From Macrostomum lignano (taxonomy: Eukaryota), in NCBI GenBank assembly GCA_002269645.1, contig NIVC01000034.1, positions 124,001 to 188,000 on the forward strand: a DNA stretch of 64,000 nt, in the 5' to 3' direction. Below are positions 36,260 to 51,100 of this stretch, one piece after another (within the stretch, counting starts at the first letter, position 1; every line of letters starts with the position of its first letter). Below the pieces are notes generated by a model. That model did no database searches. It was not told the origin of the DNA and was given only the letters and a program-made list of their open reading frames with translations. The position numbers and the translations under genes were made by a program.

Positions 36260-37554
36260 AATGCCTTGCTTAAGCATTTTGTACAAAATTTAAATTTTCA
36301 AATACAAGTCTATTGCCATACATATATTAGGAGGTAAGGAAGCAAATTTGATTTAGGTGCACACCAGTATAGAATCCTAACATAGGGGATATGCTTTTGA
36401 TAAGCCTAGGCCTGTGATAATGAATTGACATTTTAAATTAGGCAAAAAACTATTTTTGCTACCTTGCTTTTATTGACAGTGCTGCCTAGTAAATAATAAT
36501 GAAGGCAATAAATAATAATAGCAATGCAATGCTAGGAGCTAAATATTTTGATGCTTTTTTCTGTAAGAGAAATTAAAAATAAAGATGCCTGTAAAAAGGA
36601 ACAAAAACAGAAGCCAGTTAATGTCACTAAAAAACAATAACCTCTGCATTGACAGCGGACAAGAACCAGAAATAAAACTTAAACACGGCATTTCTTGCTA
36701 AAAAAGGCTAACTGTTGCTTTTATAGAGGTGAATTAATCAACGTCGAGCCACTATAAGACAAGATTGGATAAGATGACTGTTTTGAGAGCAACGCAAATT
36801 CAATAATTTACTGTGCTTAAAAAACACGGTCAGCCATTTTGTTTGTAACCGTTATAACAAAACAAACTTTTTTAATCAAACATTTTATCGTTTATTATGG
36901 TGTGCATCAATTAGCTAAAATCAAAAAACGAATAAAATATTTTCTTATAACTACAAATAATACGTAAAATATTTATGTTTTCATCACAGGTTTAACTTTT
37001 GTAATCAAAATCTTTTTTAGATTGTATCGGAAAATTCATTGTGTGTCCTTAATTAACTTGTGGTGTCATCGTTAATAAGTTCTGTTCGTGGTTTCCATGG
37101 GCGCTTTTAACCCTAAAGGTAATTATTTTTGCATTTCAGTTGTTATATGCTTTTTTGTTCGTACCTGTGTATTGTTATTGTTATGTTAAACAGTTATAGG
37201 CCTAGTCCAGAAAAATTCTATACAAGTTGATATTCAAATGAAAGAAAACACCTTAAAGATTATTTTGCAACAAAGAATTGGCGATGTTTTTAATTTTAGA
37301 GAGATGTTTGTTGGCATACTTTGTACTTTTAATTAGTATGAATTTTCACAAGTTTATGTGGTTTTCCTTAAAATTTCCTTAAAATCCATTTTTTTAATAA
37401 AATAAAAAGTAGAGCACAGAATAGGAGAATACTTTCGATTTTTGTAAGTAGTGAAAAATTAGCATTCTCTAAGGTCTATAAGTCCTAGAATTAAGTTTTT
37501 ATTAACGAAAATAGATACAAAAAATTGCAAATTGGTCAACTTGGATTTTTAAAA

Positions 37555-37954
37555 CGAAGAGCTTGCGTGCACAGCAGCCATTCACGTAAGCTCAGAATTG
37601 CGTGCACGGCAGCTATCTACCTAGTGCTTTATTTGCATGTATGCAGCTGTCCACCTAGTATTGTAATTGTGTGCATGGCAGCCGGCAATTGGCCGGGACT
37701 GGGGCCCTTAGGCTTAAATCCACGCATTGGCATTGGCAAACCTAATTAAAAAATATTTTTACTATATTGTTTTATAATGTTTTATCCCCCGTACACCATG
37801 GACTGCAAATGTAATCTTAATTCATTGTTTTTTTGTTAACTTGAATATTAGTTTGAATAGTATATGACTTACTGTATAAGCCTATAAGATATAGCTCTGC
37901 TGTGTACGCAATTCTAAGCTTACATGAATGGCAGCCGTGCACGCAAGCTCTTCG
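37555..37954. mobile_element. 400-bp Mutator-like MITE
   Basis: About 65-bp TIRs starting CGAAGAGCTTGCGTGCAC; 9-bp direct repeat TTTTTAAAA on both flanks. Confidence 0.75.
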
Positions 37955-38149
37955 TTTTTAAAATGCTTTTTTTGTTGTTTTTTTTTACTCATTTATTAAA
38001 TGATGTAAAGCATGAAAGCAGTATTTTTTTATCCCAAACTATTTTTAAAGACTTATCTATTTTTCAAAAAGCTTTTTTAGATAGACCTATATTACCTTCC
38101 ATTGAATGTCCACATATATGTTTTACCATTTACCATTTTGCCATATATA

Positions 38150-38736
38150 AAGAAAACTCAGCTCAAAATCAGCATTTTAGTTTTGCCAATGCCTTTTGAC
38201 CACAATCGGTCATCTTTAGGGCAGATGTGTCAATTAATCACACAAAACCAAGTTATTCAAGAAATGAAGACTGTACAATGCCATGTGCAAATCAATTTCA
38301 GTCTAGTCCAATTAACAAGAGAAAAAAAACCTAAATAAAGTTAACAAGACTGCCAACATAGCTAAAACACATTGAGTTGGCAGCTTGCACCCCCCATGGC
38401 TAACTGGCTATTCAAATTTGGTTTCTGAGCCTTTATGTACATTGTCTCAAGAATGCTCAATTTGTTTTCTTTGTTATAGGAATTGATAACTTTAAACATA
38501 TCACAACAGTTCATATTGCAACAGGAGTTGCACATGAGAAGTTATCATTTAGGTCTAGACTGGACTGGACTAGACTGGACTGAAATTGATTTGCACATGG
38601 CATTGTATAGTTTTCATTTTTTGAATAAAATATATTAACTTGGTTTTGTATGATTAATTGACGCGTCTGCCCTAAAGATGACCAATTGTGGTCAAAATGC
38701 ATTGGCAAAACTAAAATGTTGATTTTGAGTTTTCTC
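38150..38736. mobile_element. Foldback element with about 160-bp inverted arms (38150-38310 and 38575-38736)
   Basis: Arms are reverse-complement matches with few mismatches; no TSD identified. Confidence 0.7.
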
Positions 38737-38942
38737 TACTTGATTGTTGTTAAGCAAGCAACCCTACCCAATTTTGCCATATATTATAGTAGGCCTATCC
38801 ACTAGAATGAAAATTGCTTTGCTAGCTCATGTATGCCTATGTATGCCAGTAGAATTTCATTGCACATGAAAATATGCCAAAACTAAAATTAAAAATTATG
38901 AATAATATTTCAAGACATTATAGAAATGATTAACAAAAACTA

Positions 38943-39402
38943 TTACAGTCAGGAAGGTGGCACAGTATGCGCTGGAATAATTTTTTTGGGACAATCTATG
39001 TGCTGTCTATGCACCATTTGTGCACCATCTATGTGCTGTCTATGTGCCATGTCTGTGTTCTTATTTTAAATATTTTATGTATTATATGTAATTATTACTT
39101 TGTTATTACTTATTACTTATTTTATAACAAATTTACAAAATTCTTAGAATTCATGCAGACTCAATATGCTATGCCAGTTTTATGCTAATAAAGATTCTAT
39201 TCTGATTCCTTATGCACCAAAGTTGTGCACAGCACTGCATATGTCAGGGACCTTATGCACTGCATGTGCTAGGGACCTCAGTATGTGCTATGCTTTGTGC
39301 GCCACATATGCCAGGGACCTCAGTGTGTGCCATGATTGTATGCCAAGGACCCCTTGTGTGCCTCGGAATTTTCCATGGCAAAGGCCACCTTCTTGACTAT
39401 GG
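38943..39402. mobile_element. Older 460-bp element sharing the CCATAGTCAGGAAGGTGGC TIR family
   Basis: ACAGTCAGGAAGGTGGC at left, GCCACCTTCTTGACTATGG at right; flanks only partly match (AAAAACTA / AAAAATGA). Confidence 0.6.
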
Positions 39403-40860
39403 AAAAATGAATTAGTTTTTTGTAAAGAATGTATTTTATAACTTTTCTTTACTTTTGCTTCTTTCAACTATAATTTTTCATTAATTTTTAGAAGGGCAAA
39501 CTATTCTTTTTGATCTTAATGTAGCTACTTTAACATGTGCATAGAGATTGTGCTAAACTTAAACTTCATCTTTTTGTATGCTAATTGTGTACATTGATTG
39601 GGACTTAGAACTTGGTACTTGGTACTCAGTACAATCAAGCTGAGATTCGTGCTCAACTTTCATCAGCTCATGGGTCTTAGCAATCATTTACTATAGTCAT
39701 TTTGCAGCATTCACTGCAGCTAGTTACCCATTTATCAGCTACTTTTTCAATATTTTGTTAATGTGTTGAATTGCTATAAGTTTATAGTTGAGCCCTTGCT
39801 ACATTTTAGTTTATAAATTTTTTGTCTTTTGTGTGTTTTTAATAATGTTAAACCTAATATGAAGAAAAGAGTTGTTGCCATAAATCTGTGCAAAATAAGG
39901 TCATTTTGGATTAGTAGAATAGGAGATAAAATCATAGTTGCAATACTAATAGAGCAAAAAGAATGACCCAACACAAACTAAAAGTCAGCTAAAGTATTCT
40001 ACTCATTGTGACATACCTATTGGCATAAAATTGTTTCCATATATACTTCTAAAGAGGCAGAATCAACATTTGAAAATTGGCCTCCAAATTTTTTTGGCAA
40101 ATCACAAGTCTAGTGTCCTAATATACTGGTAATTCTTATTTTCTATTTTTTAATAATTTACCTAAATATGGATACAATACTAATATTATATATGGGCCTA
40201 GTATTTATTTAGCTATTTTTGAAGACTACATATTTTAACTCTAGACCAACACATGCTTTTTGCTTTTTTACAAAGAAAAGTTTAGGCAACTTTTTAATTG
40301 GCAAATCTTTAAAATTAATAAAGACAAATAATAAAAGTTTCAAAAGTTATTTTTTAAAGTACCAGTACCAAAACAAGTGCTACAAGTTATTTTCCTTAGA
40401 ACTAATCACATAGCTAGGATTCATGTCAAGGATAGGGATAGATGACCTCAAACTATCTCCAATGTTAGCAACAGAGACAAAATACAAAGGCAATAAAAAA
40501 TTTCCTCTCTCAGAGGGGGGACATATCCCTAGTGTCCCCCTTTGGCTATGCGCCTACTTTGAACCAAAAGTTTTTTAACCTTAACACTGATATTGCACTA
40601 TAGTTTTTAGTACAATATTGACTTAGAAAATTTTCAAAGAGTTGACATACACATTTGGTTTGTAAGTATTTGTCAAATTTTAATATTCAAGTAGATTAGA
40701 TGCTATAAAGAGAACAGTAAGGATTTAATATTTATTTTTGTCACTTGTTACTGTTAAAATGATCATATAAATAGTAAAATAGTTATTTTTATGGTCAATA
40801 CATAAAAGAAATATGCTTATACTTGGGCTTAAGGTTTTAACCTAATGTAACTATATATTC

Positions 40861-41044
40861 ATACATGCGCAACCTTGGGAATCACCCGGCCGTTTCTAAT
40901 GGCAACACGCACATGTAAGTCGCTATTGGCTGAGATCAGTCACGTGACTATTATTCCGTCCAATAGCGACTTACATGTGTGTGTGTGTGTGTGTTGCCAA
41001 TAGAAACGGCCGGGTGAATCCCTAGGTTGCGCCCAAGCATGTAT
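40861..41044. mobile_element. Near-perfect palindromic MITE, intact copy
   Basis: About 70-bp inverted arms around central palindrome AGTCACGTGACT (40938-40949); internal (GT)n expansion in right arm. Confidence 0.8.
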
Positions 41045-42128
41045 ATATTCGTAAATAGTACAATAATTGTTTTCTTTGTCATTGTCTAATACATTAAGAA
41101 GTAGAAGGTGTATTTGTATTGTCATAGAAAGAAATTTCATTTACATTAATAGTTACAATAAGTAAGCTAAATGTTAATGGCAAGAACCACTAGAAATTAC
41201 TATTGTATCAATATACTAATAGCATGATTATTTATTTTTTGAGTTTATAAAGTATCTTATTGTTTGCATTGCAAGTTTATTACTTAATTTAGACAGTATT
41301 TGATTTTGTGTTGACTATAAAAAGAACTGTTTTACTCATTATATGGACACCATAACCATAATAATAACAGCTGCCCTTATTTTTGTTTATAGGCTAGGCC
41401 TAGACTAAATATTGTATATTATATTAGTATATATATTATAAATATAAAATAAATTTAGAGAAGCTAACGAAAATATAGAGGCCTACTAGCAGTTTAAAAA
41501 GATGAATAATACTTTTAAATGTCAGTGTCAAGCTATAAAACTACATATTGTCATTGGATTTGATAGGCCTCATATTAAAATCTGGTCCATCTCTATAAAA
41601 TATATTTATAAGCAATATAAAGCAATAAAAAAGTAATATAGATCTATATGATTTATAACATAGCCCCTATTAGCAGATCTGCTAAACAAAGTCTTATTAC
41701 TTTATATTGTATATTAAACTATGCATTTCTTTGATTAGGCTAGCATTTTGTCATATATATATATATATATATATACATATATGCATATACATATACTCTT
41801 GTTTAGAATCTAGTACAAATAAATTTTTTCGATTTTGCTATTATAGATTTATCCTTCAAGCTATCCTGAAATTAAATGATTGCATAGTCACTGATATAAT
41901 GAATAGCCTTGCATTATTGTGGTAAAGAAGATAGGTCTCTATTCTTTGTACCCTTTCTTGTAAATAGTGGACTTAAATAATAAAGGTTTTTTTCTTTGAA
42001 TTCTTCATAAAAAAGAAAAAGAAAAACATAACTTCATTTACAATACTGGTTGCCATGATTAAATAGTAAAAAATAATTTCCATTGACTAATTCCCAACTA
42101 ACCTCTTGCCATCTGTAATACAAAACAG

Positions 42129-45100
42129 GTCGCACAGCGCTGGGACTGTGCTGCATTTTCACCATCATTGGTGCATCGTTGGGTAACAAAATTCAACTGC
42201 AAGCACCCAACGGTGATCCTGTAGCCAGCTACAAGGCCGCTCTGTATTGGAACACTGGCCGAGTTGTGATTGATCCGCCTATTCGAGCTGTGTTCCATCA
42301 TCAAGACCATGGTCACAGCTCAACTGATTTTATCTGTGGCTTCAAGTTGCACCAGCGAGATAGCGTTGCACCGCCTGTGGAAATCCATTTGAGCAATCCG
42401 GTGCTGGGCACTGGGCGTCTGTTTGCTAAGGATGGCGTGAATCTGTCTGTGTACGATGGCAAAGGTAAATTCTTCTCAATAATAAGTTCGCTTTGTGTAC
42501 TTCAAGGCTTGCTGTATACTTGAGAGAAAATGTTACATTAGGAGGTTGTAAAGCGTCGACTCACGACTTGAAGGTCGGGGGTTCGATTCCCGACGATCCC
42601 ACTCGAAACAATTTGTGTCCTTGAGCAAGACACTCAACTCCGCATTGCTTCAGTTCACCCAGCTGTAAAATGGGTGCCAGCATTAGCTGGGGTAATTGAG
42701 GCTGTGTGTGGCGAGCCCCCAGTCCTTGGACTAAACAGCTGTTATTATTATATGTACTTTAAGAGATAGAGCAGCTGGTTCACGTCACTGGGGGGGGGGC
42801 TATTTTTAGACGTCTTTCTCAATGCTTAATCCTAATCACTAGATAAACAATCCCCAATGAAAAAATATACATTTCTAATTTTCTAGACAAAGTTGATGCC
42901 AATGAAACTTCGAGTCCAACCGGCGTGTATTTCGACTTCGACATCTCGGCATTCGATTGCAATGGGCCTAAACTGCAGCGCCAGTCAGCTCGGGTGCCTG
43001 TGATGCTGCGCCTGACTGAGTGGGAGACACCAAAGTTCAGTCATCCCTCCTACGCCGCCACCGTGGCTCAGAACTCGCCTATCGGCACTGAAGTGTTGCG
43101 AGTTGCAGCTTCTGAGCAGCACGGATCGGCCAGTGTTTGCCGATACGAGATTGAGAACGACCCCCTGGCAGTTGCTTCTTCTGGAGCTGATGGTGGTCCG
43201 CCTGCGGCTGTGCCGTTTGATATCGATGGTCATGGTGTGTTTGCAATTGCCATTGGCTCACGACTGCAAGGGTCTCAAGAACTGAGCTGAAGTGCTAATT
43301 GTCTTTAGATAGACGTCTGTTGCCTCTAGATGGAGTTCTAGTGTTTCTAGATGAATATCACTGTATCTAGATAGATTTCAGTGCCTCTAGATGGATTTCC
43401 GTGTCTCTATATGAATGTCAGTGTCTCTAGATTTGAGTCAGTGTCTCTAGATGGGAGTCTGTGTCTCTAGATTAATTTTAGATTCTCTAGATGGATTTTA
43501 GTGTCTCCATATGAAAGTCAGTGTCTCTAGATGGGTGTCAGTGTCTTTAGATGAGAGTCATTGTCTTTAGATGAGAGTCATTGTCTTTAGATGAGAGTCA
43601 TTGTCTTTAGATGAGAGTCATTGTCTTTAGATGAGAGTCATTGTCTTTAGATGAGAGTCATTGTCTTTAGATGAGAGTCATTGTCTTTAGATGAGAGTCA
43701 GTGTCTCTAGATATGAGTCAGTTACAGTGTCTCTACGTTAATTTTAGTGTCTAGATGGATTTCAGTGCATATAGATGTATTTCAGTGTCTCTAGATGAAT
43801 GTCAGTATCTCTAGATTAATTTTAGGGTCTCTAGATGGATTACAGTGTCTCTATATGAAATTCAGTGTCTCTAGATTGGTGTCATTGTCTTTAGATGGGA
43901 GTCAGTGTCTCTCGATGGGAAATCAGTGCCTCTAGATGGGAAGTCAGTGTCTCTAGATGGGTGTCAGTATCTCTACATGAAAGTCAGTGTCTCTAGATGG
44001 GTGTCAGTATCTCTACATGAAAGTCAGTGTCTCTAGATAGGGTGTCAGTATCTCTACATGAAAGTCAGTGTCTCTAGATAGGGTGTCAGTATCTCTACAT
44101 GAAAGTCAGTGTCTCTAGATGGGTGTCAGTATCTCTACATGAAAGTCAGTGTCTCTAGATGGGTGTCAGTATCTCTACATGAAAGTCAGTGTCTCTAGAT
44201 GGGTGTCAGTATCTCTACATGAAAGTCAGTGTCTCTAGATAGGGTGTCAGTATCTCTACATGAAAGTCAGTGTCTCTAGATAGGGAGTCAGTGTCTCTAG
44301 ATGGAAGTCAAAGTCTCTGGATAGATTTCAGGTTCTTTACGTTATTATAGTCTGTAGTGAATTTTTAAATTATTTTCAATTTGTCTATTTGAAAGTCATT
44401 TTTGGGTCACTTCGGGTAAGAAGAGTGATGATAATGTCTATAGATGTATGATATGCTGGCTAATCTGTATCTCTAGACTAGATAGAGATCATTATCTAAA
44501 AGTGTAGACCCGCCATGTGTGATGAAAAGCCTAACTAGCTCTTCTCGACTTACTCTTACAAAGAATGTTAATTAGTAAACTAGGGGTTGGAGTGACGCTA
44601 AATCTTATTTATAAAGCTAATGTGCCTGAGTAGTGCTATTGTAAAACTTTTCGGAAGAGCAGTTTCTAAGGAAACGAACCTTTGCTGTTAATTAGAAGTG
44701 ACTCAAGCTTAATTAGCTTAATGAGTCCAAGACTACAGCATGCATAGTAATGGATTTTCGCTGCTTTTTTCTACAAGACTTTTTTGAGAATATAAGCTAG
44801 AAATGAGATGCCATACCCTCTCCTGAGTGCTCAATCCTTGATGAGCAGATGCCATACCCTCTCCTGAGTGCTGAATCCTTGATGAGCAGATGTCATACCC
44901 TCTCCTGAGTGCTCAATCCTTCATGAGCAGATGCTATACCCTCTCCTGAGTGCTCAATCCTTCATGAGCAGATGCCATACCCTCTCCTGAGTGCTCAATC
45001 CTTGATGAGCAGATGCCATACCCTCTCCTGAGTGCTCAATCCTTGATGAGCAGATGCCATACCCTCTCCTGAGTGCTCAATCCTTCATGAGCAGATGCCA

Positions 45101-48100
45101 TACCCTCTCCTGAGTGCTGAATCCTTGATGAGCAGATGTCATACCCTCTCCTGAGTGCTCAATCCTTCATGAGCAGATGCTATACCCTCTCCTGAGTGCT
45201 CAATCCTTCATGAGCAGATGCCATACCCTCTCCTGAGTGCTCAATCCTTGATGAGCAGATGCCATACCCTCTCCTGAGTGCTCAATCCTTGATGAGCAGA
45301 TGCCATACCCTCTCCTGAGTGCTCAATCCTTCATGAGCAGATGCTATACCCTCTCCTGAGTGCTCAATCCTTCATGAGCAGATGCTATACCCTCTCCTGA
45401 GTGCTCAATCCTTCATGAGCAGATGCTATACCCTCTCCTGAGTGCTCAATCCTTCATGAGCAGATGCCATACCCTCTCCTGAGTGCTCAATCCTTGATGA
45501 GCAGATGCCATACCCTCTCCTGAGTGCTCAATCCTTCATGAGCAGATGCTATACCCTCTCCTGAGTGCTCAATCCTTGATGAGCAGATGCCATACCCTCT
45601 CCTGAGTGCTCAATCCTTCATGAGCAGATGCCATACCCTCTCCTGAGTGCTGAATCCTTGATGAGCAGATGCCATACCCTCTCCTGAGTGCTCAATCCTT
45701 CATGAGCAGATGCTATACCCTCTCCTGAGTGCTCAATCCTTGATGAGCAGATGCCATACCCTCTCATGAGTGCAGAACCACCGTTGCCAATTTTCAGGCT
45801 CAATCTATCTAAAAACGCCACTGGTTGCCAACACAACCAAGCAACGCTTTCACCTGCGAGTAACCGCCAGCGATTGCAGCGTACCGGAGTCGCGGAAATC
45901 TTCAGTTAGTGTTATTATTGTTGTCCAACCTGCTTCTGGAGTAGGGGCTAACAACACTGAACATCGTGACACTACAAAACCGACTACCCTGTCTGCTAAA
46001 TGGTTGAGTAAGTCGTTAATATCGGTTCTTATTATTTTTATTAGGGTTAGATGAGAGAAGATTATAGGGGAGAGAGGAGAGGTGAGAGATGAGAAAAAAA
46101 CCCTATTTAAAAGGACCCAAGTCAACAACAAAATCAATTTAAGCTTGCGCAGTGGAAGTGAGCTCTGAATGTACGAGTATATAGAGCGCCTGGAATGAGA
46201 GTTTGGAAATTAGATTTTTTTCTGTGACTGTCTCCAGAGACTGCAGGAGATCCGACAGCAAAGTGGATTAGAGAATTGAGCTGCCCACTGACTGTGGCCT
46301 CGAATTGATGCACTCGGACAGTTTATTGAACTTTTATATAGGTTTTTGTCTGATGTTTGGTGACAGTTAAACTGTCTAGTGCTTTATTTTTGTGAGGGTT
46401 CCAGGGTGTTTATTCGAGAGGGTTCCAGGGTGTTTATTCGGGAGGGTTCCAGGGTGTTTATTCGGGAGGGTTCCAGGGTGTTTATTCGAGAGGGTTCCAG
46501 GGTGTTTATTCGGGAGGGTTCCAGGGTGTTTATTCGTTAGGGTTCCAGGGTGTTTATTCGAGAGGGTTCCAGGGTGTTTATTCGAGAGGGTTCCAGGGTG
46601 TTTATTCGAGAGGGTTCCAGGGTGTTTATTCGAGAGGGTTCCAGGGTGTTTATTCGAGAGGGTTCCAGGGTGTTTATTCGAGAGGGTTCCAGGGTGTTTA
46701 TTCGAGAGGGTTCCAGGGTGTTTATTCGAGAGGGTTCCAGGGTGGTAATTCGAGAGGGTTCCAGGTTGTTTAATAAGTTGTTTAATCAAGATGGTTCCAG
46801 GTGTTTATCAAGAAGGTTCCTGGGTATCTTAGCAGGGTGATTGCGGGGTATCTAGTGTGAAATTAATCAAGCAATTAAGCATTGCGTATAAATCATATGA
46901 TAATACTTTTTTTCCAGTGCAGGCTAGCATATTCTACTGCACCATAGGCTGTGTATATTTTAAACGTATTCAATTAATAAACTAGCTGAAACCTACCACA
47001 CACTGAATTATACATTATATATTTTTGAGTACGACAGCGCGTGTGCCTGAGTGTCACGGCCTGCTAGCTTATGTTCTCTGCCCTGCTCTCAATTCTTATC
47101 TCTGCCTCTGCATCGCAGCGCCTGTCCTGGGCTGCATCTCCCCCAGATCCTAGGGGTGGGGGTTTGAGCTTATAGACAGCTCTCTGAGTCGCTTTGGAGA
47201 TTAACTCAATTTATTTATTGCTATTAGCTGGGTAGGCAAGTGGAAGCGGCTTGTCTAGAACTATACATACGTATTTTGTTTGGCCTTTGACGTTTTCCTT
47301 TATGTCAGCTGAGTTTGGATGCGTGTGTTTTATGTAAAATGCTTTGTCAGGCTCTCTCTTTGTCTCATATTCTTCTCTAGCCAATCTCAGCCTTCTCACC
47401 GATCTCATCCCTCGTTCAACCTCACCTCCCAATTTCACCCTCTCACCAATCTCACCCCTTAATCTAATCCTCTTCAATCTTACTTTCTCTCAATCTCACC
47501 ATCTCTCAATCTCACCATCTCTCAATCTCACCTCTCTCAATCTCACCCTCCCTCAATCTCACCTCTCTCAATCTCACCCTTCCTCAATCGTGCCCTCCCT
47601 TATCTCACCGTCCCTCAATCTCACCTCTCACTCAATCTCACCCTCTCTCACCAGTCTCACCCACCCTCAATCTCACCTCTCACTCAATCTCACCCTCTCT
47701 CACCAGTCTAACCCCTACCCCACCCTATGTCATTAATCTTCATGGATCCATCCCAATTTTTTGAGCAAAATTTCATCATAATTTTCCCATTCTTTAGTTA
47801 ACTTTCTTGACTGTTGTATTGTCAGTACTTTACAGTGAACAGAAGAACGAAAAGCAAGTCTTTAACTAGGCTAGTGCTTGGGAAGGCACGTTTGTTTAAA
47901 AAAACAATCAGCACTCGGTTTTCAACTCTGTTTGCGGAACGTGTGTTTTCTTGACGTAGAATTGATTGTTTAAACGTACTTTTTCCACCGAAAAAAAGAT
48001 TGATGAATGAGTGGTGTGTGAACAGTTGCCAGGGGGAATCATCTTTTTAGCGAATGAAGGCTCCGAGGCTTTGTAAGTCTAGCTAATTAGAAATTCTTGG

Positions 48101-51100
48101 CTGCCATTGTTGGCTTGACCTTAGCTGGGCTGTGCCTTAAAAAACACTAGTGTTATTGCTTTTGCAATGAAAATGGAATGAGTCTGCTTGATTGCTTGTC
48201 AAAAGTGGTGCTGGCTTTTTCTACCACCAAACTTCACCTATTTAAGGTGACAAGTCAGTGACTTTTTAACCTTCAAACTTCACCTATTCAAGGTGACAAA
48301 TCAGTGACTTTTTAACCTTCAAACTTCACCTATTCAAGGTGACAAATCAGTGACTTTTTAACCTTGAAACTTCACCTATTCAAGGTGACAAATCAGTGAC
48401 TTTTTAACATTGAACCTTCACCTATTCACTGTGACAAATCAGTGACTTTTTAACCTCCAAACTTCACCTATTCAGTGTGACAAATCAGTGACTTTTTAAC
48501 CTCCAAATTTTACCTATTCAAGGTGACAAATCAGTGACTTTTCAACCTTCAAACTTCACCTATTCAGTGTGTCAAATCAGTGACTTTTTAACCTCCAAAC
48601 TTCACCTATTCAAGGTGACAAATCAGTGACTTTTTAACCTCCAAACTTCACCTATTCAGTGTGACAAATCAGTGACTTTTTAACCTTCAAACTTCACCTA
48701 TTCAGTGTGACAAATCAGTGACTTTTTAACCTCCAAACTTCACCTATTCAAGGTGACAAATCAGTCAGTGACTTTTCAACCTTCAAACTTCACCTATTCA
48801 GTGTGTCAAATCAGTGACTTTTTAACCTCCAAACTTCACCTATTCAGTGTGACAAATCAGTGACTTTTTAACCTTCAAACTTCACCTATTCAGTGTGACA
48901 AATCAGTGACTTTTTAACCTTGAACCTTCACCTATTCACTGTGACAAATCAGTGACTTTTCAACCTTCAAACTTCACCTATTCAGTGTGACAAATCAGTG
49001 ACTTTTTTAACCTCCAAACTTCACCTATTCAGTGTGACAAATCAGTGACTTTTTAACCTCAAACTTCACCTATTCAGTACTTCACCTGTGCAGTGTGACA
49101 AATCAGTGACTTTTTATACTCGTTTTATTCTCGATTTTATTCATACAAAAATAAAAGATAAGCTACCCTTTGTATAAAATATGTCATCGCAACTTCAGTG
49201 CTTTGGCATGAGTCCAAATGTGTATATTTACTCGTATGTATATATAGCACCAGCTAGCTACTAAAAGAATGAGTCATTTTTTAGTTTCTAAAATCCCATA
49301 GGAGAAAAAATTCGATCAATCACCCCGTAGCCCGTAGCGATTGGGTCTTAAGCCACTGCTCTCGCCATTCAGTATCTAAGGGCTGTGTCAGAGACATTAT
49401 TGGCTGTGTCTCTCTGATGAACATTGCAACCGCTGTGTGCATTTGCTGGCTGACCAGTTCTCATATAACATTGCATAGTCAGTGAGTGCTTGTGTTTGCC
49501 ACATGTATGTCCAATGGATAAGGCTTATTTTTAGTGGACCTTATATCCGGATGACTAATCATCTTTCTCTTGCTAGACTGGAAGGCGTCGCGCCTTGTTG
49601 TTGTCGTGTTCCTCGTCCTCTCGTCTCCATTCCTCATTTCCTCCCCTTTCCTTGGCTTCACTTGTGAGTTGTCCCCAGCGCATCGTTCTCCCCTCCAAAG
49701 CCCAGTTCTTTTTCGATTCCCAATTCCTATCTAGATCGTCTATCTATCATTGCGCCACGAGTTTCCCTCGGGGGAGAAAAGGAATTGGACTGCATAAGAG
49801 GATGGGTTTGAGTCAAGGAGATCTTTACAACAGTTTCTGGAGTTGAATTAAATGAGATAGTGTTGCATTAGTATTCCCCACAGCCCTACTGAAATTTCAT
49901 AAATATATGTGAGGTCGTATATTATAGATTTTAACGTAGACTTTCTAGTAAATTAAATAGCACGAATGATTTCGAAAATTTACAATGATGTGAAAACTGA
50001 TGGTTGAAATACTGGATTTGCCCATTGGAAGTTTTGTCTATTAGTACGCACGTAGGAATGCTTTGTAATATTTTTTTCGTGTGTAGTTTCTGCGTATCCC
50101 ATATATGGTTGGGTGGAAATTTTTCCCAATTAATGCCTGTCAATCTTCTCTTATGGAATTTAAGAGTTTTTTGCGTTAGGGAAGCAATATTTATCAATCA
50201 ATATTATGAACGAGTATTCGTGCATATATACTCATATGGGCTCTGATGTGCCAGCGGCCCAGGCTCGATTCCCAGTGCAGTCACGTTAATTTAGTGCAAT
50301 AAATGGCCTTGAAGGCCAACCTCCCAAGACGCAGTGAAGTGTATATGCCTAACGATAAAATAAAGTTAGGGTCGCTGTACACTCCTGTGTGAGTGTGTGC
50401 CTGCGTACGTATCCGCGCGCTTGTATGCCTGCTCAGGGGAGTCGGCGGAATGGGCAGTAATGCCTCTCGCCGGTTGTGTGCCAATGTGGCTTAAAGTGCG
50501 CCAGGATGCACACAACCCCCGTGCCTCTAATAAACATAATATTGTAAAGTATCTACTCACAGAAATATTGATGACTCAGTTAGGTCGTCTATTTCTAGAC
50601 TGTCGTAATTCTGTATAGGAGTATAATTTATTCTGCACACATGAGCATCAAGACTACTGTCAGTCTCTCCGAAGTCAACGCTCTATGAATATATATATAT
50701 GCAACCTTGTCTCATATGGCCAAATTTAATTATAAAGGCCTATAATTCCGTCTAGTGGGCTATTCACTTTATCTTTAATTATCATGATTATGAGCTTTAC
50801 TCAGAAAAAAATGGAATGGAAAATCTCAATCCATTTATCACTTGATCTATCTGGGGCCTATCTATTCTACCTTACTGGCTTTTATAACCTCATCAATGTT
50901 TATTGCCAACCTTACAAATAAAATCCCTATCTAGATCCTTCCACACTCGTTAATTTTGAAATCCTCGTGCCGGACCGTACGAGCGTATTTTCCTCTCTGA
51001 CTTACTAAATTATTGAAAATCCGTCTATAAATTACCTTCGACCATGTTTTCTATGAAAGCAAAAAAAATGGTAGGCAGGAAAAATTAATCGCTTTTTTGC

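Noticed and set aside
50800-51050. Possible CR1/L2 3' fragment
   Set aside because: Only a vague peptide resemblance; too short and degenerate to support.
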